DNA from: Leucoraja ocellata
Taxonomy: Eukaryota
Direction of reading: 5' to 3'
Assembly (NCBI GenBank): GCA_036785375.1
Contig: JAWMAR010000039.1
Coordinates: 744,001 to 808,000, forward strand
Length of the DNA stretch: 64,000 nt
The position numbers were made by a program, and so were the translations under genes. The notes under the pieces were generated by a model. It had not been told where the DNA came from and made no database searches. It was given only the letters and a program-made list of their open reading frames with translations. Shown one piece after another: positions 52,516-64,000 of the stretch (positions within the stretch are counted from its first letter, which is position 1; every line of letters begins with the position of its first letter).

Positions 52516-53789
52516 GTCTCTACCTTTGCAGATGTCGTGACTATGAATTCCCAGTAGGATCTTGATTTGGGAACTTCATTTTTAGACTGGAAAACCATGC
52601 ACATCATTCAGCATTTTATGGAGGATGACAATGAGAGCCAATGACTCACTGACCCGTTGCCTTAACATCTGCTGTTCGAAATGTATCAAGGTCTATAATG
52701 GGTGGCTTGACTCAACTAATTGAACATTTTCATGTGATCCTGATGAGTGAGTGTTGTTCATACTGAACTGAGGAGCAGCAACAAGCTGGCAATTGCTGAT
52801 GAATGTTATGTGTTTAAATTTCCATAACCCATTAGATTTAGGCCATGCACTCAGTGTTTTTATGTCTTCAATGTTACTGTTGACTCTACAAGTCACTGCA
52901 GACGTGTCATTGACAAACTTGAACAGTTGGATTTCCAAATGAGAAGTTCTTCAAGTTGAAGCTCATTGAATTAATTTTACTGACCTGATAAGAAAGTTGG
53001 TGATCTGCAGTTAATGTTAGGATAGTAAATCAAATATCCAATGTTGCCTTTAGCAGCACTATGATAGACACCAGTTTAGCTAACATTTTTTAAATTAAAA
53101 AATGTTCTTTTAAAGATTGATCGAAGCTGCGGAAAACATCAGGACAATCATTTTTCACAAAAAGATATTTCAAAACAGTAAAAGCTCAAAACAATAAGAG
53201 ATCCAAAAAGTTGAGGTCTGCAGCTAAATCATGGAAAGGTCATGGAGAGTTTCAGAAACTGATATTACGCTGTTCTTTATATCAGGGGGACTAAAGTGTA
53301 AAGTGGTAAAGGTTACGGCAATACAAAGTCCTCATTGCAACACAGTTGGAGAAATGTGGTGCCTCACCTTGGAAAAGACAGTCGGTTTGGAGGAGATTTA
53401 ACAGAATAACTTGGGTCTTAAGGAGTTAAAGTATGAGTTTAGGCAATGTTTTGTGGAGATTCAAATGTTCAGTGATTTTATTTAAGTTTATGTCATTTCA
53501 TGATGAACAAATGTACATTCACTGTAACAAAATTCTCTCTATAAATTGAGGAATCCAAATCCAAAAGTATTGACTGACAATTAGACCCAGGTCTTGCAGA
53601 AGTAACGTCAGGGCGGGCTAGAAGTGTGGAACTGTTCTGAAGGCGTCAATTACTGTGGGGTCACTTGTTCAAGGTGAAGGAATACAAAACGAAACAGTGA
53701 CATTTTCTGCAGACAAATAATGTAAGAAAAACCAGGATATGGAAGATTTCACCAAGATAAATAGAAACAACAAAATGGTAGAAATAGTC

Positions 53790-54510
53790 ACATAGGGCAG
53801 AAACAGACCCTTCGGCCCAACTCATCCATGCTGACCACGATGCCTCATCTACACTAATTGTTTATTGTCTAAACCCACCTGCTCACATTTAGCCAATATC
53901 CCTCAAAACCTTTCCTATCCATGTACGTGTCCAAATGTATTTAAAATGTCTTTATACTACCTACCTCAACTACCTCCTCTGGCATCTTGTCCCATATACT
54001 CATCACCATCTGTATGAGAAAGTTGCCCCTCCGGTTCCTATTAAATCTTTCCCCTCTCACCTTAAACATATGCATCTTGATTCCCCTATTTTGGATGACT
54101 CTGTGTATCCAACCTGTCTGTTCTCTTCATGATCTTATACACCTATATATGATCACCCCTCAGCCTCCTGCTCTCCAAGGAATAAAGTCTTAGCCTGTCC
54201 AACCTCTCCCTATAGCCTGTACTCTTGTCCAGGTAACATCCTCAAAAAAATGTCTCTGCACTCTTCCAGCTTAACTTCATCTTTCCTGTAGCAAGGTGAC
54301 CAAATTGATCAATTTCCCCCCTGGGATAAATAAAGTTCTATTGTATAGTCAAACTGAACACAATGCTCCAAATGTGGCCTCACCAATGTATTGTACAACT
54401 GTAAAATGACATCCCAACTTGTATTCTCATTGCTATTGAAAGCTAATTTACCGAAAGCTTTCTTGACCACCCTATCTACCTGTGACATTACTTTCAGAGA
54501 ACAATCTACC
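53790..54510 (-). mobile_element. CR1-clade LINE 3' fragment
   Basis: Minus ORF QVDRVVKKAFGKLAF..LQLYNTLVRPHLEHCVQF. Confidence 0.8.
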
Positions 54511-54555
54511 GTCATTTTAAATTATTAGTATGGTGAGGCTAAATTTGATTTGAGA

Positions 54556-54830
54556 ATTAAGGGACAGAAGTTTAGAGGTAACATGAGGGGGGAACTTCTT
54601 TACTCAGAGAGTGGTATCTGTGTGGAATGAGCTTCCAGTGGAAGTGGTGGAGGCAGGTTCAATTTTATCATTTAAAAATAAATTGGATAGGTGGTATATG
54701 GATGGAAAAAGAATGGAGGGTTATGGATTGAGTGCAGGTAGATGGGACTAGGGGAGAATAAGTGTTCGGCATGGACTAGAAGGGACAAGATGGCCTGTTT
54801 CCGTGCTGTAATTGTTATATGGTTATATGG
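54556..54830 (+). mobile_element. CR1-clade 3' end with (gttatatg)n tail
   Basis: Encodes FFTQRVVSVWNELP..FKNKLD. Confidence 0.75.
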
Positions 54831-55819
54831 TCAAATAGTGGTTGGCAGAAGTGAAAATAATACAAAACAAATGTTTATGTTTAAAAATTAAAAGCAGAAA
54901 ATACTTGGAAAATGCGAAATATGGAGATTGAAAATCTAAATGAAATTGAAATGTTGGCGAGTACAGAGAGATGTTGCTGTTGTCAATAGAAGTAGAGGAA
55001 ACGGGCATGGAGTGTGATTGCTGGTGTACTGTGGCATTGATAAAGCTGATCTGGGCAGCGACAACACTGACGATCTACAAGTAAAGTTAGTAAACAAGAT
55101 AAACAGCCTGATCTTTGAAGGTTCTGTTCTTTTGGTTGATTTTCCAATATCATTGTGTGAATGGTGTCTGGCAGTCTCGTGGCTACATCTTACATCTAAC
55201 ATGCATCCGTTAGTGTCCAATCAGTGTGAGTTTTATGTATTGTGTGAATATTTGTCAAAGTATTTGTAATTTTTCTGGACTATTTAGTGCTTGCCTGATT
55301 CTGGTGTATCTATCTGAATCAGGCTGGTAGACCTGAACAAAGGGATGTGGAGGATGCAGTTTCTCCACACTGCCCAGAGCCATAGAATTGTCTGAAAGGA
55401 ACTGCGTAATTCTGCTGATTTACTGATCAGTGGTCTGGGGTTAAGTGTTCTGAGTTTCCTCTCTGCATCACGATCATTCAGTGCAATTCTCTGACAACCC
55501 AGCTGAAATACTTCAGTATTGTGAGATACACTGATACAGAATGAGGCCATTCAGCCCGTCGGGTCCATGGTAGTTTCTCAGCAGTTTGTACACATGTTAG
55601 TGTATTGTGCCTTCAGCAGCCAATCTCAAGGGCGGTTTCTGCTGTTCTGAGAGCTGTGTGTGGCACTTCATTTATTTGTTGGTGGCAGTGACTGCTGTTC
55701 GTCACAAGTAACAACTGAATTATATTCATCTCCATTTCAAGCTGCCGGAAGCTTCTATTCCCGTGACTTGTTCATCCCTTTGCGTGTTTCCAGCACTTTC
55801 CGTTTTACTCTTGGAAAGA

Positions 55820-55933
55820 ATGGAAGAGGAACTTGAACCTCGCCATCCATACGACAAGAGATCGTTTAGTAAATACATCATTTCACGTTTTCAACACATG
55901 TATGGAGATATGGATAAAATGTCCTCTGACTTG
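55820..55933 (+). CDS. Weak candidate alternative first coding exon (MEEELEPRHPYDKRSFSKYIISRFQHMYGDMDKMSSDL)
   Basis: agaATGg start in apparently non-repeat sequence, 38 codons, possible phase-0 donor TTG|GTGAAT. No recalled homology. Confidence 0.3.
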
Positions 55934-56685
55934 GTGAATTTTGGATCACTGCAAATTGCAAACTTGTCGGCAGTTTGGCACGGTATTTGTGTGGATAGTT
56001 TCACCAACAGAGTTCACACAGCTGGGCAGTACATTTGCAAACCAAATTTCTAGCTGAATCACTCTCACGTACTCTACACAATTCATTAAGGGAGAATTAA
56101 AAAAATTATTTTTGAAAATACTCCCACTTTATTTCAATATTTCCAACCATGACTTCGGCTAACCCCTTCTCTGGCCCTCCCATGTTCCATTGTAACTGAG
56201 GCTCATCTATAACGGTGCTTTCTGCAAAGAGTCCCATTCAGAGGTAGCCTCAGAGTGAGAGCAGAAATATCTGTGTGAATAACACGCCGCCTGTCTGTTC
56301 CTGTTATAGATTGTGCAGACGGCTGCTGGCCTAGTGTTGAGTGGGTTGCAAAGTGCTAGGATGCAGCCAGATCACGTGCCTGAGGAGGCTTGCAATAAGT
56401 AGTAATTTCCAAAAGCACGCGTTCCATTCATCATTCTGGTGATTTACCAAATATTGCTGATAATTTTGTTGTATATTTAATGTGCATGTAACACTGCAGC
56501 AAGAATATCCTGCTCCTGGTGCAGATGATAATTAAACTCTCTTGACTCTCGCCTTTGCGATGCAGAGAGGGAATTTTAAAGGAGTTTCTGACATTGTGTT
56601 TGATTCCACCCTTGCTTCTTTCCTGAGTAACAGACCCATTTCACTTGCCCAGATGCCTGGGATTCCCCATCACTTAAGTGCATGG

Positions 56686-56776
56686 TCTGAAGAAGGGTTT
56701 CGGCCCGAAACGTCGCCTATTTCCTTCGCTCCATAGATGCCGCTGCACCCGCTGAGTTTCTCCAGCAATTTTGTGT
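56686..56776 (+). mobile_element. Penelope-like fragment with hammerhead-like core and 14-bp TSD
   Basis: acttaagtgcatgg at 56672-56685 and 56777-56790. Core CTGAAGA-aGGGtttcggCCC-GAAA-cGTC at 56687-56714. Confidence 0.7.
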
Positions 56777-57044
56777 ACTTAAGTGCATGGAATGTTTTTG
56801 GTGCAATGTTACGAGGTGTGAGCCCTTGCAACCGGCTGAGACCTGACAAATGTGACCCTGAACTCTCTGTGGAAAACTGCAGAAACAGTGAATCCGCTCT
56901 GATTTGTATTGGTGACAACAGACATACCAATTGTTTCTGAACTTGGAAGTTGAGATGAAAATTAGATTCCTTCTCTCACCCATTCCTTCTCTCCAGAGAT
57001 GCTGCCTGTCCCACCGAGTTACTCCATCTTTTTGTGCCTATCTT

Positions 57045-57590
57045 GAGGGAAAGGTTATTGCCTTGACTCCACTTTACAAATCTCTCTGTCTCCTTCCTGC
57101 ACACCATCTCATAATGGTTTGAGATCCAGCCCACTACGGTGATGTCACCTGCAAACTTGTATATGGAGATAGAGCAGAATCTGGGCACAGTCATGAACTT
57201 ATAGGGAGGACGGACGGGCTGAGAAAGCATACGTGTGGGCAACTTACCCGGGGATGCTTTGTCACCTCTCCTCACTGATTTTGGTTTGTGGGTCAGGAAG
57301 TCCAGTGGCAGAGGGGAGCGTCTCCAGAGATACTTCCTGCCCCGCTGAGTTACTCCAGTATTTTGTGTCTATCTTTGGTGTAAACCAGCATCTGCAGTTT
57401 CTTTCTACACAGTTTGGATGTGAGTTTGGTTGGAATTAAGATGTTGAAGGCAGAGCTGTCGTCAATAAATTGGAGTCTGATGCTGGTGTCCTTGTTATCC
57501 AGATGTTGCAGAGATGAGGGCAGGGCAAGGCAGATGTGGACCTGTTGGGTGGACTGCAGTGGATCAAGGCTCTCTGGCAGGCTGGAGGTT
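57045..57590 (-). mobile_element. Degenerate Rex1/Babar-like RT fragment
   Basis: Minus ORF IYKFAGDITVVGWIS..KWSQGNNLSL, a decayed KFADD motif. Confidence 0.6.
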
Positions 57591-57899
57591 AATGTGGGGT
57601 TTTGTTTTCTATTCTAGTTTAACTAGTGAACAACATCGTGTGGATCGAACTGTTAGTTTGGTGATAGATGTGTGTTGTCCCGCTGGGCTCAGTGGCGTTA
57701 GTTTACTGCTCTTGTTCATGCTGTAATCAATCTCTGACGATTCGAGGGTTAATATTTCCTTCACTTCGCTGGAGAAAGAAAAACACACAATTCCCTCTGG
57801 GGCACTCATGACCCTGGAATGAATCCAAACGATCCTTCCCCTGGCCAAGCCTCACCTGTAAACCGCATCTCCTGCCACAAAGACTCGTTCAAACGAGAA

Positions 57900-58900
57900 A
57901 GGCAGAGCTTTGGTTGCTGGGCAACCGGAATTTCTTGAGCCCAACCCCTATCCCAGGCCGCTCCCCACCCCCCCTGCGGTCTGTTCACCTCGGGCCTCCC
58001 GGGGTAGGGGAGTGTGCGAACAGGGCGAGGGAGGGAGGCTGTACTCACAGAGACGATGCCCGCCTAGAGCGCTCTCTCTATTATACCCGCTCCGTGCATC
58101 TTACGCTCCCGTCACGGGCAGAGTGAGTGGAGGGTGTGGACCGTCTGCCGGCGGCTGCGGGAGAGGGAGAGAGAAGGGAGGCGTCGGGCAGCGGCGGTGG
58201 AGGCGGCAACCAGTGACCCCGCACCGCACCGCACCGCCCGCTCATTGCCCCGGGGTCCCCGTTCCTCTGTGTTCTGTGTTAACCCTCCCTCCGGGGACTG
58301 ACCCCAGCCCCCAGTTCACAGCTCGCCCGCCACCTGCCCTCCCTCTCTCCTGCCCTGATCCCAGCCCGGTGTCTCTCCCCTCCCCTCCCCTCCCACCCAG
58401 CAGCCCGGGGTGGCCGCTGCCTTATTAGGCGGCTCTGCCCGGAGCCCGTCTGACGGGAGGGACCAGATTCCTACTCAGAAGCCGGGTGGCGCCGTCAGTC
58501 GGCGCTGGGAGGGAGGAGGCGATGGGAGCGGCGGCGGCAGCGGTGGTGGAGCCGGGGGCGGGGAGCGGGGACTGACCATGGACTACCTGGGGGACAAGCT
58601 GACGGCGGCTCAAGGCCACATGTCGCAGTGGGTGGGCTCGGTTCGCCGCTCCCTGCACGGAGCCCTCGGTCTGCTGGGCTCGGCCGTGGGCCGGGAGCGG
58701 GGCGCCGCAGACTTGCCCACCGGGGCGCCTCTCAAACGGACCTCGTCCTTCCGCCACTTCGCCTCCCGGAGCCGGGAGTCGTTCCGCCGCTTCTCGCTGC
58801 GGAGCCAGCAGAGGTTTCAGTCGCTGAGGAAACGGAGCACCTTGTCCACCGGCTCCGACACCACCGACATCGTAAGCATCGCTCTCTCTCACTCGCTAGC
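57900..58900 (+). promoter_or_regulatory. CpG island / internal promoter and 5'UTR
   Basis: Strongly GC- and CpG-rich, not recognisably repetitive. TATA-like ctattata near 58078. Leads into the exon at 58578. Confidence 0.7.
58578..58871 (+). CDS. KIAA1671: Alternative first coding exon (98 aa, MDYLGDKLTAAQGHMSQWVGSVRRSL...SDTTDI), probably of KIAA1671
   Basis: accATGg start in a CpG island, GC-rich third codon positions, donor ATC|GTAAGC in phase 0. Lies on the same strand, inside the intron before the shared 3' exons. Confidence 0.75.
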
Positions 58901-59269
58901 ATCTTTCCTGTCCATGTCTTGGAATGGGGAGGGGAGGGAGGGAGAGGGAGAGGGGGAGAGGGGGAGGGGGGGGGGTAGTTATTGGTGGATTGTCTGGTTA
59001 ATATTTCAGGGTGACAACACGGCACAAACCGTGCCTTGAGAATATTTCGATAAACTTGTATTTCACGTAGAAACAAAGCATGTTTGTAATGGTGACACTT
59101 TTGCGCGATTGTATCTGAGCACATTGATCACACCAGCAATATCTTCTCGCCACCGACTGTAATCCCACGTTTAGTTTGCAAAGTTGCAGTTTGGGGAGGA
59201 GGGGACAGGTAATGGAGGAAGTGTCCACCTTGGATTTATTTACTATATACTTGTGAAAGTTCCACAGAC

Positions 59270-59525
59270 CACAAGCAAAGCTGAACCTGTTCAGCTGTTG
59301 GTATCCCTTCGTTATCACCTCTTTCACAGCCAACAATGGACCATTGTGGGCTCCACCTTTCCTTGATCTACGGTGCCGGCTCTGATTTGTTTTGTACCTT
59401 TTCATACCTCTAGTTTCCTTCTCCACTGATTTTCAGAAGAAGGGTCACGACCCAAAACATCACCTATTCCTTTTCTCCAGAGATGCTGCCTGACCCGCAG
59501 AGTTACTCCAGCATTTTGTGTCTGT
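59270..59525 (+). mobile_element. Penelope-like terminal fragment
   Basis: Homologous to 33060-33275, ending gagttactccagcattttgtgtct. Confidence 0.6.
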
Positions 59526-60519
59526 CAACTTTGGGAGTAGCTTGGAAGGTGCACAGGTCATAGGTGTCACGATTAAATGGAGTCTCCTCTTTTCCATCTT
59601 GCACATCCCCTTCACACTTCCACATTAAATGCAGCCCCCTCTGATAAAGTCCCTGACATCAGACCAGTGCAAGCCATCTAATGCAAGCTTGTCATTGCTT
59701 AATCCTAGCCCCACTGCACCATCCTGCAAGGAGACAACTTTTCTTCCCACAGCAGTCATTTTTGTTAGCTTTCAAATAAGGGTGTTAATTTATTGCTGTG
59801 CTTTTAAGTACGCTTGAGCAGTGGATTTTAGGTCACATACACTGTCTATGCTCATATAACCTCTTACTTTCAAGTTGGGGCAACTGCCAATCTGTGGGAT
59901 CAATCTTGGTTCTGATGGTGCAACTGACAATGGAAGGGTACTGTAGTCACCACCCTTGACCCCAAGATCCTTGATCCAGATTACATTGTGAGCAATATGT
60001 TGTAGCTTACTGCGCATATTTCAAACCTCGGGCACTTTGCTGGAGTTTAAGATGTTGATATCAATTACAAACATGGTGATATGTTTGCAGGATCTGTAAT
60101 GTAGGTCAGAGTAGGGTTTGCTCTGTGCCTCTAGATTTGGGACATTGCTTCAGTACCGTTCTCTCCCTGACATTAGATTCTACACTGACGTCACATTTTC
60201 TCCTTGGAGGACTGCCATGGGACTACAGGTTCCAAATTAAATTAACGAGCCTACTTTCTGAAATGGTTCTAATCCCTGAACTGACATGAATGTAAACTTA
60301 ATATTTGTTGATAGAAAATTGCTGATTTAAAGATGGCCTGAATGATGCAGGCAATCAAACTAAAACTAAATATTATGTTAATGGTGCAAAACTCCACAAA
60401 GGACTTTCTAGGGGTGAGTGAATAAGTTGGGAGGAGGCAGACGGGGGGAGATGACTAACGGCTCGGGTTGTGTGCTTAGTCACCTGCTCCACCCCTGTAC
60501 TCTGCAGTGCCAACTTGAT

Positions 60520-61420
60520 ATGCAGGTTCACTGATGATGCCATCGTTCCCCATCAGATCAACAACAATAATGAGATGAAGTACAGGAGAGAGATTGGGAA
60601 CATTGTGTCAGCCCAGCCCTTAACATCAGCAAGATGAAATAGTTAGTTGTGGGCCCAAGGATGTGGGGAGAGAGGGATGGTGAACGCAAACCTGTCCTCA
60701 TTAACATTAACGACAGCTTCATGTTCTGAGGCAGCCATATCACCAACTACCTTGACATGGTCCCTGTGCCCATCTAGTCCATTCACACCAAGGAGATGAT
60801 CAAGTAAGTGCATCAGCGTATTTACTCTCTGAGAAGATTTGGTGTGTCCATGAGGATTATTCCGAACTTCTACAGATGAGCTATCAAAAGTATTCTGACA
60901 GGTTGTATCTCAGCCTGGTATTGTACCTGCTCTGCTCTTGGCCACCTGAACCTGCAGAGAGTGGTGAACACTGCCCAGTCCATCACAGGCTTGTCACTTC
61001 CTTCCATCCACTCCATCCTCACGGGTGCGTTGCATCAGGAAGGCTGGAAGTATCGTCAGGGATCCCTGTCACCCCGGCCATTCCCTTTCCCCATCTTGTA
61101 CCTTCTGGGAGCTTGGAACCCCGGATGCCCGGACTTAAGAACAGCTTCTTCTCCTTTACTATCAGTCTTTTGAACCAATCACCTCTTTGACATCTCCTTT
61201 CACAGAGGTGTTGCCACATAGTCTTAACCCCAACTACAAATTGCAATTACTATTTTTGCAATGCTTCAGCATTACAATCTTTGCACTATTCTGGGTTTTT
61301 TTGCATTCACCACTATATTTACTGCTGCGTCTGTCATTGTCATGTATGCTGTGCAGTCACGCGAATAAGAACATTCATTGCAGCCTAGTGTATATGAAAA
61401 TAAACTCATTTGAATCTGGA
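60520..61420 (+). mobile_element. Degenerate Rex1/Babar-like LINE 3' part
   Basis: ttcactgatgatgccatc encodes an FTDD (YADD-like) remnant. Terminal LKNSFFSFTISLLN and an aataaactcatttgaa tail. Confidence 0.6.
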
Positions 61421-62524
61421 GACGAGGAGAGGGGTGGAGAAGGAATTCCCAAACAGTTAACGTTCATAGATGAATTCTCTATTGTCAGTTGGAGCAATTA
61501 CATTTGTGAATGATCAGAAGGTGAGAAATGATTGCAGAGATCTCTGGATTTATTTAGTGATCAACGGAGTTAAATTTCATCCACTTTGCTTCCACTCGAA
61601 CGTCCAAACCAAAACTGCCTTCTGCAACTTCTACTGCAAACAATGTCACATTTCCCCCCAACTTAATGCGCCTCCTCTCCTGTCTCCTGTTGAACTTGTA
61701 ATCATGCTCCAAACTCAATATCCTGTTTACGGATAAAATTATCCAATTGTTCTTCTGGAACATTATCCAGCTTTCAGCTTGAAGCCGCCTCTCTTTCTCC
61801 CCTTTTCCCTCCCCACCCAGATTCATTCTATTGTAATCTTATCTCGTTATCTTGAGATTTGTTAGTCCCTCCACTGAAAGAGTTCCCCAGGCTGTTTGCT
61901 GCTCACAACAACTTAGCCAAACGTTGGCATCGCGCTCCATGAGGTCTTGTTTGTCCAAGGCTTCATGCCTCATCAGCATTCACAGTCCCCTTTAATGAAA
62001 TCCTTCCGTGACTTGCTCGTTTAAATGGGCAGCACAATGAATTGTTGCCTCAACCCTGTGGCAACAGGTTCGATCCTGACCTCGGGTGCTGAACGGCTAA
62101 AGTTGCACATTCATCCCGTGTTTGTGTGTTTCACCTTCCGGGTGCTGCGGGTCCTCCCACATCCCAGGAACATGTGGATCAGTAGTTTAATTGACCACTG
62201 TTATTTACACATGGTGTGTAGATGAGTGATACAACCCTGGGGCTATTGAAGGGAATGTCAGAAGAGGATGTCAGAGGGAAAAGTAGTACTAAATACCATT
62301 GCTCTTAAACTGGCACAGATTTGATGGCCAAGTAGCCACTATGTTGTGTGGCAACTTACAGGGACTGTTGGCTCCCTGACATGGCCACCCATAGTTCCAT
62401 GCCTTGTGCTTCTCACTTGAGGCTGCCTCAATGTTAACCCTTTGGCGATCCTTTTAAGCACCTTTTGATCCTACATTCACCAAGTTTATTTTTTATGTGT
62501 ATTAGGACTATCAAAATATTCATT

Positions 62525-62860
62525 AGACATAGGAGCAGAAAAAGACAAATCGGCCCATTAAGTCTTCTCTGCCATTCGATCATGGCTGATCTATCTCTGC
62601 ATCTCAACCCCACTCTCCTACCTTCTCCCCATAACCTTTGTCACCCATACTAATTAAGAACCTGTCAACCTCCGCTTTAAAAGTACCCATTGACTTGTCC
62701 TCCAATGCTGTCTGTGGCAATTAATCCCACTGATTCACCACACTCAGACTACAGAAATTCCTCCTTATCTCCGTTCTAATAATATGTCCTTTTATTCTGA
62801 GGCTGTCGCCTCTGGTCCTAGACTCTTCCACTACTGGAAGCATCCTCTCCACATCTACTC
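62525..62860 (-). mobile_element. CR1 3' fragment, degenerate
   Basis: Homologous to 51090-51317 and 24476-24830. Confidence 0.7.
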
Positions 62861-64000
62861 GAGGCCTAATCAGCTACAGTGTCATGTTGGAGACAGATTT
62901 CAGGAGTTTGCCTCAACTGTTCACCCTCTAGACCAGCCCATTGTTTACAAATCCAATACCACCCCTACCCCTCCCACTGTTCCTCCTGCACTCTTAGAAC
63001 TTTCCATTTATTCTCTCATTCCCTTCAATTGCTTCCACATGTCAAATCTTCCTATTCTGAAGAGAATTCATTGACGTGAAATGTTGCTCTCATCACTGAT
63101 CCTGCATTCTCTGAGCATGTTCAGGCGTTTCTGGCCCTGTATCACCCCATCAGCTTGCCACTGTGTTTGGTTCTTTAAAAAGGTGAATTCAAATGTGCAG
63201 AGTGTTATCTTGAGTTAGATCATCAGTGTCGATTATTTTGTGATGCAGGAGCATAAGTAAATCCCTGTCCACCCACCTACCTGTGTGTAAAGATTAATAT
63301 CATGTTGAGGTGGTGGTGTGGTCTTGTGCTGCACAACCAGCTCTGGTCCTGGATGGGACTATTTCTGGTCCCATTCATCTTCCCTTCTATTCCTGACCAT
63401 CTTCACAACTCCACCCTCCATACCCCATCCACCACTCCCCATCACCATGGTTCTTTCTCCATATATTTGGAGACTGGGATCTTCTCTTGATCCTGGGAAA
63501 CCAGCATAGACCCAATGAGTAGAATCACCTCTTCCCATGTTGCAACTGAAGACCCTCGAGACCCAACATGACATTGCTAGCACTTTGTTTTCAGTTCAGA
63601 TGTATCTACTGATTAAGTATTTGGGTTCAGTCTGGGCTTGGCTCCTTTGTAATCCAGGGGAGGGTGGATTCTATAGAATTAGTGCCTTGGCACTTGTTTC
63701 TTGATCAATTTTTGGTGTTTTATCCAGCAACGGATTGATATATTTTGTTTGAGGTTGGTATAGTTGTGGCAATTGTTCGGTTGGAGTGGCTGCAGTCAGG
63801 CTTGGGTTGAGTTTTCATTCAATATATAACAGATGAATGTTGGTAGACAAAAATGCTGGAGAAACTCAGCGGGTGAGACAGCAACTATGGAGCGAAGGAA
63901 ATAAACTTTTGGTCAGATTAAAGCCCTTTCTCCTGTGGGTTAATATGATTCAGTTGACAATATAAAGGCTATTGGTTCAATCCGTGCTGCTGGTCTCTGG

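Noticed and set aside
58410-58577. Upstream in-frame GTG start of the 209-aa ORF
   Set aside because: GC-rich 5'UTR that is open by chance. ATG 58578 has the strong Kozak context.
2541-63903. Recurring palindromic repeats as a CRISPR-like or regulatory array
   Set aside because: Irregularly spaced, in both orientations and with TSDs, so they are dispersed retroelement fragments in a eukaryote.

Overview
Vertebrate genomic DNA, most likely a cartilaginous fish (skate/ray). That is inferred from the repeat content: HE1-like V-SINEs, CR1 LINE tails ending in (TTTCTATG)n and Penelope-like fragments. The window holds the 5' part of one + strand gene, a KIAA1671 orthologue. Four coding exons of the long isoform splice in frame (13343-15237, 18898-19051, 20582-23404, 25691-25855). 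They are followed by a very long intron, and the shared 3' exons lie beyond base 64000. Inside that intron are two, possibly three, alternative first coding exons: 38152-38202, 58578-58871 (in a CpG island) and a weak candidate at 55820-55933. All end in phase 0 like the long-isoform exon, so several promoters could put different N-termini on one C-terminal module. The rest is mostly retroelement and DNA-transposon debris. Notable items are many TSD-flanked, often fold-back Penelope-like insertions with a minimal hammerhead-ribozyme core, an internally deleted CR1, a hAT-like element with a duplicated left end, and a strong CTCF site. There are two assembly gaps. No tRNA, rRNA or CRISPR loci are supported. 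Gene and family names come from recalled motifs, not a database search, and repeat boundaries are approximate. I see no convincing wholly new system; the top findings are testable hypotheses.
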